From contig CAYNFE010000001.1 in NCBI GenBank assembly GCA_964396475.1, positions 1,205 to 65,204 of the forward strand: a stretch of DNA of 64,000 bases, given 5' to 3'. Below the pieces are notes generated by a model. That model did not search any database. It was not told the DNA's origin and saw only the letters and a list, made by a program, of their open reading frames with translations. Positions 8,876 to 17,245 of this stretch are shown here, one piece after another; positions within the stretch are counted from its first letter, which is position 1, and the number at the start of each line of letters is the position of its first letter. This DNA is from Candidatus Woesearchaeota archaeon. GTDB lineage: Archaea > Nanobdellota > Nanobdellia > Pacearchaeales > UBA284. The translations under genes and the position numbers were made by a program.

Positions 8876-11501
8876 TCTTTTTCAAAATCTTTTCATGCAT
8901 TCGTTTCAAGAATTCTATTTTATTTTCAATCTTCATTAAATCAAAATGTCCTTGTGTGATTAGATTAAATGAGAAAGGGCTAGGAATTTCAGTATGAATT
9001 GTCTCTACTTTTATTTTCTTATTTTTTATATTTTTCAAAATTTGTGTTGCATTCTGAACATCCATTAAATCTTCTAAAATTTCTCTTCTAGTCTCTTTCA
9101 AAACAGGAAAATTATGAGATATTTTTTTGACTGCTGCAAAAAGAAAATGAGACTTCAATTGTTGTTTACCAACACTTTTGCTTTGCCCTTTATATTTTCT
9201 AAGAATCATCAAAGATCTTGTTGCACAGTGTCTGAATCTTCTCTTAAAAACTTCTGTCCTTTCTACTGCCTCTTCTAAAATCTTTTCCAAGGCTTCAGGC
9301 TTCTCGCTCAAAAGTTTTACAGCTTTTTCAGCTTGCATAGGAAGATGACTTGAAACATAAAAACCATTGTCACTAATACCTATCTCAACATCTCTTCTTT
9401 TGTGCTTAGCAATAAGATAAGCTATTGCTCTGCTAAGCGCATCATTAACTCTTCTTCCATAAAGTGAATGAAAAATAACATATTGTTTTCCAGTTTCATC
9501 TCTCCACCTTTCTATTAAAAATCTGTTCTCGTGAGGAATTTTAGCATAATTATATTGCTCATAAAAATAACTATAGAGAGCATTGACAGCCTTTCTATTC
9601 AGATATAAATAAGAAGCAATAAAATTCTTAATTTCTTTCTTACTTTTTTTCTTTCTAAACATTTCATCCATTAATTTTCTAAAATGTTGTATAGAGCAAG
9701 CTAAGTCAAATGATAAAGGCAGCATCTCAGAAAACCAAGAAGGAATTGTCGGAGGCCTATAAACAGAAGCATTAACATAAGCATTCATTCCCCTAGTGTA
9801 TAAAAACTCATATTTATTACCACCTAAAACAAAAACATCACTCTTTTTCAGCCTCTCTAGGAAAGCCTCATCAATCTTTCCTATTTTCAGATCTTTTTTA
9901 TCTCTAGGAAATGCTATAACAACATTAACATAACTTTCTTCAGGAATTGTTCCAATATTAGTCATATAAATCATTCTAGCAAGCCTTCCTCTCTTTCCTA
10001 ATTCTCTTGTTTTCAAATCATACCAAATCTTTCCGTAAACATGCTGAGTCTCTAATCCACTATACTCCCCAGCAAGATAACTTAAAACAGAAAGAAAATC
10101 ATCTTTTGTCAAGTCATGATAGCAATAACTTTTTTTTATTAAATTAAAAAGCTCATCAACATCCCATCTTTTTTGTATAGCCATTCCATATATTTGTTGG
10201 CTAAGAACATCTAAACAATTCTTAGGGATTCGTATTTTATCAATTTTCTTCTCTAAAGCGTCCTTAAGCATGACAACACACTCAATAAGATCATCTCTAT
10301 TTAAAACTACAAGTCTTCCTTTACTTACGTTATGCATTCTATGTCCGGCTCTTCCTGTTCTTTGTAAAGCTTTTGCAATACTTTTCGGAGATCCAAGCAA
10401 AATAACAAGATCAACATAACCTATATCTATTCCAAGTTCCAGAGAAGTTGATGTAACAACAACCTTAAGTTTTCCCTCTCTTAATTGCTGTTCTATCTTA
10501 AATCTAGAAGCCTTGCTTAAAGATGAATGATGAGCACCAATTTTTTCTTCTATGGTTTGGTAGTTTTTAGGATACATTTCTTTAAGATGGTTAATAACTC
10601 TCTCAGTCGCACTCCTAGTATTTGTGAAAATTAAGGTTGTCTTGTGTTTTTGAATCAATTTATCTAAAAGAGAGTAAAGCCCCTCTCTCATTTCTTTGGC
10701 TGTAGTATCAATTAAATCTGAGACTGGACTCAAAACCTTTAAATTTATTTTCTTAATAAAATGAACATCAGCTATAATACAATCCTTCTCTTTCCATTTA
10801 CCATTTTCTTTATCATAACCAACTAAATAACTAGCAATTTCTTCAATAGGAGCAATAGTAGCGCTTAAACCAATACGAACAGGAACAATCTGAGATAATT
10901 CCTCAAGCCTTTCAACACTCAAATTCAAATGAACCCCTCTTTTATTACAAGCAAGAGCATGAATTTCATCAATAATTAGATATTCAACAACACTTAATTT
11001 TTCAATAAATTTTTTAGTAGTTAAGACAATAGCAAAACTTTCAGGAGTTGTGATCAAGATGTGTGGAGGCTTTTTCAACATCTTAGATTTTTCTTCAGTG
11101 GCTGTGTCTCCAGTTCTTACAGCAGCACGAATATTCTGCAACTTAACACCTTTTTTCTTAGCCAACTCCTTAATTTCACTTAAAGGTTTTTCAAGATTAA
11201 CATAAATATCATTATTCAGAGCTTTAAGGGGGCTTATATAGACACAATATACCTTATCCTCAAGTTCTTCTTTTCTAGCAAGCATAACAAGATAATTTAA
11301 AATAGATAAAAAAGCTGTAAGAGTTTTTGTTCCCCCAGTTGGAGCAGAAATCAAAATATTTTTCCTTTCATGAATAGGCATGACCCCATATAATTGAGGT
11401 AAGGAAAATTTTCCGAACTTAGAAAAAAACCATTCCTTAACTAATGGATCTAAAACTGAAATAATCTCCTTACTAGTCCTTAATCTTGCTTGGGTCCTCA
11501 T
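8865..11501 (-). CDS. lhr: Lhr-family ATP-dependent helicase
   Basis: SF2 motifs APTGGTKT, ITTPES, DEIH, GLSAT, SLELGID, QRTGRAGH; C-terminal SLYGRRVNDAL. Confidence 0.95.
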   Translation of the reverse strand: MRTQARLRTSKEIISVLDPLVKEWFFSKFGKFSLPQLYGVMPIHERKNILISAPTGGTKTLTAFLSILNYLVMLARKEELEDKVYCVYISPLKALNNDIYVNLEKPLSEIKELAKKKGVKLQNIRAAVRTGDTATEEKSKMLKKPPHILITTPESFAIVLTTKKFIEKLSVVEYLIIDEIHALACNKRGVHLNLSVERLEELSQIVPVRIGLSATIAPIEEIASYLVGYDKENGKWKEKDCIIADVHFIKKINLKVLSPVSDLIDTTAKEMREGLYSLLDKLIQKHKTTLIFTNTRSATERVINHLKEMYPKNYQTIEEKIGAHHSSLSKASRFKIEQQLREGKLKVVVTSTSLELGIDIGYVDLVILLGSPKSIAKALQRTGRAGHRMHNVSKGRLVVLNRDDLIECVVMLKDALEKKIDKIRIPKNCLDVLSQQIYGMAIQKRWDVDELFNLIKKSYCYHDLTKDDFLSVLSYLAGEYSGLETQHVYGKIWYDLKTRELGKRGRLARMIYMTNIGTIPEESYVNVVIAFPRDKKDLKIGKIDEAFLERLKKSDVFVLGGNKYEFLYTRGMNAYVNASVYRPPTIPSWFSEMLPLSFDLACSIQHFRKLMDEMFRKKKSKKEIKNFIASYLYLNRKAVNALYSYFYEQYNYAKIPHENRFLIERWRDETGKQYVIFHSLYGRRVNDALSRAIAYLIAKHKRRDVEIGISDNGFYVSSHLPMQAEKAVKLLSEKPEALEKILEEAVERTEVFKRRFRHCATRSLMILRKYKGQSKSVGKQQLKSHFLFAAVKKISHNFPVLKETRREILEDLMDVQNATQILKNIKNKKIKVETIHTEIPSPFSFNLITQGHFDLMKIENKIEFLKRMHEKILKKIKK

Positions 11502-11549
11502 ATTATAACGGAGAAGAATAAAACTTATAAGCTTTTTTAAATTTTATTA

Positions 11550-12893
11550 ATGATGAACTTTTTAAAGACAAAACAAACGCAAAAAGGCATTAAAATAAAG
11601 TTCAAAAATAAAAATTATGAGTTGAAATATCCGCAACAACTCTGGAAAAGTTATCCCAACAAAGAAATTTTAGTTAATAATTATATTCCTTTAGTAACTC
11701 TTTCTCTTCCTTTAATGGCAGACATAAAAAGCATAAAATATAATCTGCCAAAATCAATATTTCAGCAAAAATACAAAGAACTTTTTCTAAAAGATCTCCC
11801 ATCATCAACACAAGATAATAAACAAGATGCAATTAAACTAACAAAACAATTCAAAAAAATAAAATACACTTTTCAGAAGCATAAAAGATTAAAATTAAAA
11901 ACAAAGAATTCAAAAAATACAAACTATAAAGCCATCTTACCCCTATCATTTGGAAAAGATAGTCTTCTTACTTTGGCTGTTTCAAGAGAAATAGGTTTAA
12001 ATCCAGCCACTATTTATATAAATGATACAATTTCTCCAAAAGAAAATAAGCAAAAATTAAAATTCGGAAAAAAATTAAACAAAGAATTCAGGCAAAAACA
12101 TTACATCATTCAAAATAACATAGAAAAGTTAATTGATTTTGATACTTGGAATAAACCAGAAACTAATTTTAATTATACTCATATGATAACTGGCTTCTGT
12201 CTCATTGCTTTGCCTATCGCGCATCGTCATAATTCTGAATATATAATCATAGGAAATGAGCAAGATATGGATTTTTCTTTCAAAACTTGGCAAGGATTAG
12301 AAGCTTGGCCTGCTTATGACCAAACATCTGTATGGCAACAAGAACTAAACAAGATGATAAAACAATTAACAAATAAAAGAACAGAAGTGATTAGTATCAT
12401 CAGGCCATTGACAAACATAGCGATAATCAAGATTTTGCATAAAAGATATCCAGAAATAGCCAAATACCAATTCTCATGTGATTGTTTGAATACTAGCTAC
12501 AATAGAAGATGGTGCAATGAATGCAATAAATGTGCTAAGCTTTCTCTTTTTATGAAAGCTTTTGGGATAAACACAAAAAAATTAGGGCTTAAAAATCTAT
12601 TCAGCAAAAAGCATAAACACTTTTATAGTTTATTCAAAGGCAGAGAAGTTGATAGATATGAACAAAATATAGAGTCAAGAGAACAGCAACTTCTAGCTTT
12701 TCTTTTAGCAACAAGGCAAAAAGCTAAAGGATATCTCATTAATTATTTTAAAAAACATTATCTAAAAGAAGCCCTGACAAAAGAAAATGAGCTGAGAAAG
12801 AAATATTTTAGGATATGGCCTTCTAACATTCCAAAAGAAATCAAATCTGATGTTCTTAGTATTTATAGAGAAGAGTTTAGAGATCTCCAATAA
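11550..12893 (+). CDS. PP-loop ATP-pyrophosphatase, MurL/QueC-like
   Basis: LSFGKDS PP-loop, GNE, FSC...WCNECNKC cysteine cluster. Confidence 0.6.
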   Translation: MMNFLKTKQTQKGIKIKFKNKNYELKYPQQLWKSYPNKEILVNNYIPLVTLSLPLMADIKSIKYNLPKSIFQQKYKELFLKDLPSSTQDNKQDAIKLTKQFKKIKYTFQKHKRLKLKTKNSKNTNYKAILPLSFGKDSLLTLAVSREIGLNPATIYINDTISPKENKQKLKFGKKLNKEFRQKHYIIQNNIEKLIDFDTWNKPETNFNYTHMITGFCLIALPIAHRHNSEYIIIGNEQDMDFSFKTWQGLEAWPAYDQTSVWQQELNKMIKQLTNKRTEVISIIRPLTNIAIIKILHKRYPEIAKYQFSCDCLNTSYNRRWCNECNKCAKLSLFMKAFGINTKKLGLKNLFSKKHKHFYSLFKGREVDRYEQNIESREQQLLAFLLATRQKAKGYLINYFKKHYLKEALTKENELRKKYFRIWPSNIPKEIKSDVLSIYREEFRDLQ

Positions 12894-12923
12894 ATTTAAA
12901 AATATCTCAATCTAGTAAGCATT

Positions 12924-13298
12924 ATGGTAAAAACAATATATTTTGTTCTTTGTTTCGTTGTTTTATTAATATTAATATTAGTATCTAGCGCAGCATGCAT
13001 ATCAGAAGAACCAAAACCTAAAGAAGAATTTGTTATAGCAAAACTGATAAGTATAGGGCCACCTAATGGGGAATTCATTCAATCAGCAGGACTTTATGAA
13101 GGAGAGTTAGAACTTGAAAATATAGAAACTTCTGAAACCTATAGTTATTTTGTCTGCACATATGATTGGTCATGGGTTAAATTAGAATCTTGCTATAAGT
13201 TTGACCCAGTAGAAGTACAACAAAATATTGATGACCATAAATTTTCTGCAGAACTTAGTGGATGTTATGTAGGAACTTTTGAAGAAATAAGTTGTTAA
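12924..13298 (+). CDS. Small secreted hypothetical protein
   Basis: Hydrophobic N-terminal signal, acidic Cys-containing body. Confidence 0.65.
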   Translation: MVKTIYFVLCFVVLLILILVSSAACISEEPKPKEEFVIAKLISIGPPNGEFIQSAGLYEGELELENIETSETYSYFVCTYDWSWVKLESCYKFDPVEVQQNIDDHKFSAELSGCYVGTFEEISC

Positions 13299-13301
13299 TT
13301 T

Positions 13302-14267
13302 TTATTTTTCTTCACTCTCTTCCTCTGTCTGTGTCTTGATTCCATATTTTTTCATGAGCTCTTTGACAGGAAGAGGTGCAGCTATAGCCCCTTTACCACC
13401 CCCTATCCTCTTAAGAATTACAGGTTTTTTTAACACATAAAGATTCTTATAATCAACAACTTCAACAATAGCAGCATAACCTTTAATACTATCTTCTCCC
13501 CTCATAATTTCCAAATCTATAACTTTAGGTGCTCTAAGTCTACCTTCAAATAAAATATCATCAAGAAAACCATATCCATCATAATAAAACTCATTTTTCC
13601 ACACTCTATCACCTGTTATTCTGTTTCCTATGTCTGTGAATTGTTTATCTAGTTTGAATTGTTTAATATCTTTAGCCACATCTTTTATAAAAAATATTTT
13701 ATTAATGTCCTTTTTCTTAATCTTAGCCTTCTTTAATATGGTAAATACACCTCCTTTAACTTTTTCAATATAATAATCTCCTTCAATAACTCTCTGTTTA
13801 AGAGGTTCATAATTCACATAACCATAATGCTGGTCTATATTTAGTTCATATATTTTTGATGATATTTTTGTTTCTTTAGTGCTGAAAAAAACCAACCATG
13901 CACTATAGATTCCTCTTCTAAGAGATCTCCAAGACTCCCGATCTAAATAAACTAAGGTTCTAAGGCCCTTTCCATAACCTTTCTTTCCCTGGATACATTC
14001 AAACTGGATATTTATCTTACCACCACCATCTTTCATCTCAAATGGAAAACTATGTGTTGCTAAATGAGTTCCTCTGAATTTAGTAGCCATTTCCATTGTT
14101 TCATCTAATCTTTTAGATAGGTATTCTTTCTTCTTATCTGACATTTCTCCACTAACAATCTCTTCTAAGGTTTTCATAAATCCTTGATCATATCCAAATA
14201 AAGAACTAGCCAATAAAAGAGAAATAACTTCACTAGCAGAATATTTCAGAAACTCTCTCCTATTCAT
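13302..14267 (-). CDS. Hypothetical exported protein with twin-arginine-like signal (start revised to 14267)
   Basis: GAGGAGGTG RBS directly before ATG of MNRREFLKYS; avoids overlap with divergent gene at 14333. Confidence 0.65.
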   Translation of the reverse strand: MNRREFLKYSASEVISLLLASSLFGYDQGFMKTLEEIVSGEMSDKKKEYLSKRLDETMEMATKFRGTHLATHSFPFEMKDGGGKINIQFECIQGKKGYGKGLRTLVYLDRESWRSLRRGIYSAWLVFFSTKETKISSKIYELNIDQHYGYVNYEPLKQRVIEGDYYIEKVKGGVFTILKKAKIKKKDINKIFFIKDVAKDIKQFKLDKQFTDIGNRITGDRVWKNEFYYDGYGFLDDILFEGRLRAPKVIDLEIMRGEDSIKGYAAIVEVVDYKNLYVLKKPVILKRIGGGKGAIAAPLPVKELMKKYGIKTQTEEESEEK

Positions 14268-14332
14268 CACCTCCTCAAACATAAACCGAATAACATAACA
14301 ATATTTATAAATATTTTCTAACAAAGAATAAT

Positions 14333-14641
14333 ATGCCAAGAATATCAGCAAGAAAAGAGGAGAAAATAAAAGAGTCAATACTTCATTTCCTGTTCAGACA
14401 CTCTCCAAAAGCCTTATTCACGTGTCATATAGCGCAAGAACTGGCTAGAGATGAGGAATACATGAAAAGACTGCTTCTTGAGCTAGAGGGAAAGGGGTTT
14501 GTCATAGCAATAAAGAAAAATTCAAAAGGTATGAATTATTTAAGACGCATTAGATGGCGTTTAGATTCTAAGACCTATGATGCTTACAAAAAAATCAATG
14601 ACAGCAGTCAGAAATTTATAATTGATTCTAGGATTTTATAA
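14333..14641 (+). CDS. Winged helix-turn-helix protein
   Basis: FTCHIAQELARDEEYMKRLLLELEGKGFV HTH-wing pattern. Confidence 0.75.
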   Translation: MPRISARKEEKIKESILHFLFRHSPKALFTCHIAQELARDEEYMKRLLLELEGKGFVIAIKKNSKGMNYLRRIRWRLDSKTYDAYKKINDSSQKFIIDSRIL

Positions 14642-14680
14642 CACAAGAATTTATTTAAAATCTATACACATATCTGAAAA

Positions 14681-15328
14681 ATGATAGATGAAAATAACAT
14701 AAAAGAATCATTCTCAAAATTCAAAAATGATATACTGTTTCTAAAGCAGGAGATGACTATCTTAAGGCAAGAAATTCAGGAAATTAGAGAAATAATAGAA
14801 TCCAGCACACCTTCGACACAAGTTAGACATACGACACATTTTCCAGCACATAATCTAGAGAGTTACCCCTTAGAAAGCCAGAATTTCCAAAGTTCCATAG
14901 GAAATGATGGGGTTCCAGCAGACAGACAGCACACATACGACAGACAAATATCAGCATTAAACCGAACTTCTAAAACTATCCTTAAAAGACCAGAACATGC
15001 GCAAGAAAAAACATATTTCTCACACCTTCTTGACAGTTTAAGAAAAGATATAGGGGAAAAATTCAAAAAATTAACACAAAAAGAATTCTATATATTTTCA
15101 GTTCTTTATACTTTAGAGGAAGAAAAAGAACAAGTGACTTATTCAGATATAGCGCAAAGAACAGGACTTACAGAAAGCTCAATCAGAGATTACATTGTTA
15201 GACTTATCCACAAAGGAATTCCAATACTAAAGGAAAAAATCAATAATAAAATAGTCATACTAAAGATACCTCGAGAACTAAAAGATCTAGCTACACTTGA
15301 CAAGTTATCAAGATTAAAAGGATTCTAG
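14681..15328 (+). CDS. Coiled-coil + low-complexity linker + C-terminal wHTH protein
   Basis: N-terminal heptads; LTQKEFYIF...TYSDIAQRTGLTESSIRDYIVRLIHKG. Confidence 0.75.
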   Translation: MIDENNIKESFSKFKNDILFLKQEMTILRQEIQEIREIIESSTPSTQVRHTTHFPAHNLESYPLESQNFQSSIGNDGVPADRQHTYDRQISALNRTSKTILKRPEHAQEKTYFSHLLDSLRKDIGEKFKKLTQKEFYIFSVLYTLEEEKEQVTYSDIAQRTGLTESSIRDYIVRLIHKGIPILKEKINNKIVILKIPRELKDLATLDKLSRLKGF

Positions 15329-15523
15329 ACTTACTAAAGAGCTTATTTAGTTTTCATAGCATGCCAAAATCAATACTAAATAACATAATTCTCTTAGCCG
15401 AATAACTATAAGATAGCCTTATTTAACCTCTATTTTCACCAAATCTTGTGGCTTCCTTCCCTATGTTACGCCATATGTTGTATATCAAAATCCTCTCAAA
15501 ACTCTATGGCCCCAATTCTCACA

Positions 15524-15685
15524 CTCACTTTTACCTCTTCTAGATCATGTATTTTCCTAACTTTTCTTTGATAGTTCGTTTTAATTATTTCCATGAACTC
15601 TCACTTTTCCATCTTTTTAGTATGTTTTCTAAGAAATTTCACCTATAGAAGTTCGCTTTAACCAAATAGAAGCCTCTCTTTTACC
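15524..15685. repeat. Degenerate ~75-bp periodic motifs in a 418-bp intergenic gap
   Basis: CTC(A/T)CTTTT(A)CC at 15524, 15600, 15674; AGTTCG(T/C)TTTAA at 15573 and 15650. Confidence 0.55.
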
Positions 15686-15746
15686 TAATTTCTAATTCAG
15701 TATCAGTTTTATTTCACTACATCCCAACTAGCTTTTTTACTTTTTA

Positions 15747-16379
15747 TTATCTTTTTCTTCTACTAGTTCTATTCATATTTTTTGATCTTGTTTTGACTTT
15801 TTTAAATATCATACTTTTCATTTTTTCATCAACAAAATATCTTTTTTTGCCAGATCTTTCCAAAATTTCACTTATCAAACCCTCACCACTTTTCTGTTTG
15901 ATGCTGTTAATCTGGCCACGAATCGTTGAGATATTTTTTCCAAGCAGGACAGCAATATCTTCATAAGCTAATTTCATTTCTGTGTTAAGCAAAGTCCATA
16001 TGACTAACCTCTCATTTGCTGTTAAACCTCTCAAAATCGCTGTTTGAACAGCTGTTTGGACAGGTGTTTGGACAGCTTGGACAGATGTTTGTTTATGGAC
16101 AGCTGTTTGTTTTTGCTTGAAAATCCTGCTCGCTAGACGCGTATCAAAGAAAGAAACAAAACTTTTAATCCCGTCGATATCTTCCCTAAAAGCACCAATT
16201 TCCTCTCTCATAAGGCCAATTTCATTCTCTAGAACACTATCTTTTGTGTCCAAATGCTTGATCCAACGGCTTATTTTGGACATATCTTTCTTTACATTTT
16301 CAAAAGAAGACTTAACTTCATCTTTAATTTGATCAGGTTCGTCTCTTTTTTTCTTTTTTCCAAACCATAGAAAACCCAT
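15747..16379 (-). CDS. Coiled-coil + repeat linker + C-terminal wHTH protein (same architecture as 14681-15328)
   Basis: LTANERLVI...AYEDIAVLLGKNISTIRGQINSIK; QTAV repeats in linker. Confidence 0.75.
   Translation of the reverse strand: MGFLWFGKKKKRDEPDQIKDEVKSSFENVKKDMSKISRWIKHLDTKDSVLENEIGLMREEIGAFREDIDGIKSFVSFFDTRLASRIFKQKQTAVHKQTSVQAVQTPVQTAVQTAILRGLTANERLVIWTLLNTEMKLAYEDIAVLLGKNISTIRGQINSIKQKSGEGLISEILERSGKKRYFVDEKMKSMIFKKVKTRSKNMNRTSRRKR
16039..16112 (-). repeat. Intragenic 12-bp tandem repeat (CAAACAGCTGTC-like, QTAV)
   Basis: About 5-6 imperfect units, including ACAGCTGT palindromes. Confidence 0.75.
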
Positions 16380-16506
16380 AAAAAAATTAAAACTTTTCAG
16401 CTTTTAAATCTTTCTGAAAAAATCAAAAAATTTATAAAAATTTTTCAAAAAACTAAAATTTTTAAGCATTAGATTATAATATTTAAGCATGAAAAAAGAG
16501 TAAAAA

Positions 16507-16800
16507 ATGACAAAAAACAAACCAAAAAAATCAACAAAAACAAAAATTTTAGGTACAGTTAGAAACTTTGATAATCAATTTAAAAAATATCTAGTTACAG
16601 CAATAACAGCAGCGTTTGCTTTCCTTTTAGCTTTAGTTTGGAGAGATGCAATTCAAGAAGGGGTAAATACTTTTGTTGCTAAAGTTGGCATTCAAATCCA
16701 GCAAATTTTCCTCTATAAGATATATATGGCCCTAATAATAACAGTTATTTGTGTTACAGCTCTAATAATTGTCTCAAGATGGGGTGCTAAAAAAAATTAA
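16507..16800 (+). CDS. Small membrane protein, DUF5654-like
   Basis: AITAAFAFLLALVWRDAIQ pattern, two TM segments. Confidence 0.7.
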   Translation: MTKNKPKKSTKTKILGTVRNFDNQFKKYLVTAITAAFAFLLALVWRDAIQEGVNTFVAKVGIQIQQIFLYKIYMALIITVICVTALIIVSRWGAKKN

Positions 16801-16805
16801 AATTT

Positions 16806-17051
16806 TTAGCTTTTCTTATGCTTTTTAATTTCCCTTCTTATTTTCTCTCTTGATGCAGATATGATCAGGTTTACAAAACTAGCTAAAGCCATTACAACAA
16901 AAATAACACCAAAAAACTTAGCATAAACAAGGTATTCTTCTAAATTTCCAGTAATCCCCATAACAGATGCAAGTTCCATGGCACTAAATGAGAATCCTGC
17001 TAACAACACAAAGCTAATTCCTAATACCAACCACTCTGGCCATTCTACCAT
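16806..17051 (-). CDS. Small two-TM membrane protein
   Basis: Hydrophobic segments, basic C-terminus. Confidence 0.6.
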   Translation of the reverse strand: MVEWPEWLVLGISFVLLAGFSFSAMELASVMGITGNLEEYLVYAKFFGVIFVVMALASFVNLIISASREKIRREIKKHKKS

Positions 17052-17184
17052 TTATTCTAAAAGTCAAAGAAATATATAAATTTACCGTCTAAAATCAAAG
17101 CTAAAAGTTTTAAGCGTTGCTAGAAAATTACTGCATTAAGTTGTTTCTTGTCGAAATTTAGTAAAAATAAACAAAAAATTTATA

Positions 17185-17245
17185 TACTTAGGGAACCCTT
17201 AGTAAACAAAAGAGGAGAACATGAAAAAAACTGATACCCTAAGTA
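17185..17245. promoter_or_regulatory. Putative serine-recombinase binding/crossover site
   Basis: TACTTAGGG-AA-CCCTTAGTA near-palindrome (17185-17204) plus a third half-site CCCTAAGTA (17237-17245) inside the gene start. Confidence 0.45.

Noticed and set aside
1-11501. Inteins in DP2, Cdc6 or Lhr
   Set aside because: Protein lengths and motif spacing are normal; no splice-junction or LAGLIDADG motifs seen in the visible parts.
15524-15685. Possible CRISPR array (75-bp period)
   Set aside because: Only 2-3 highly degenerate units, no identical 25-40-bp repeat, no cas1/cas2; Cas4-like and CARF genes are far away and solo.
15329-15746. Hidden gene in the long gap (29-aa MEIIKTNY... on minus strand)
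   Set aside because: Too short, no recognisable RBS or motif; other frames are closed.
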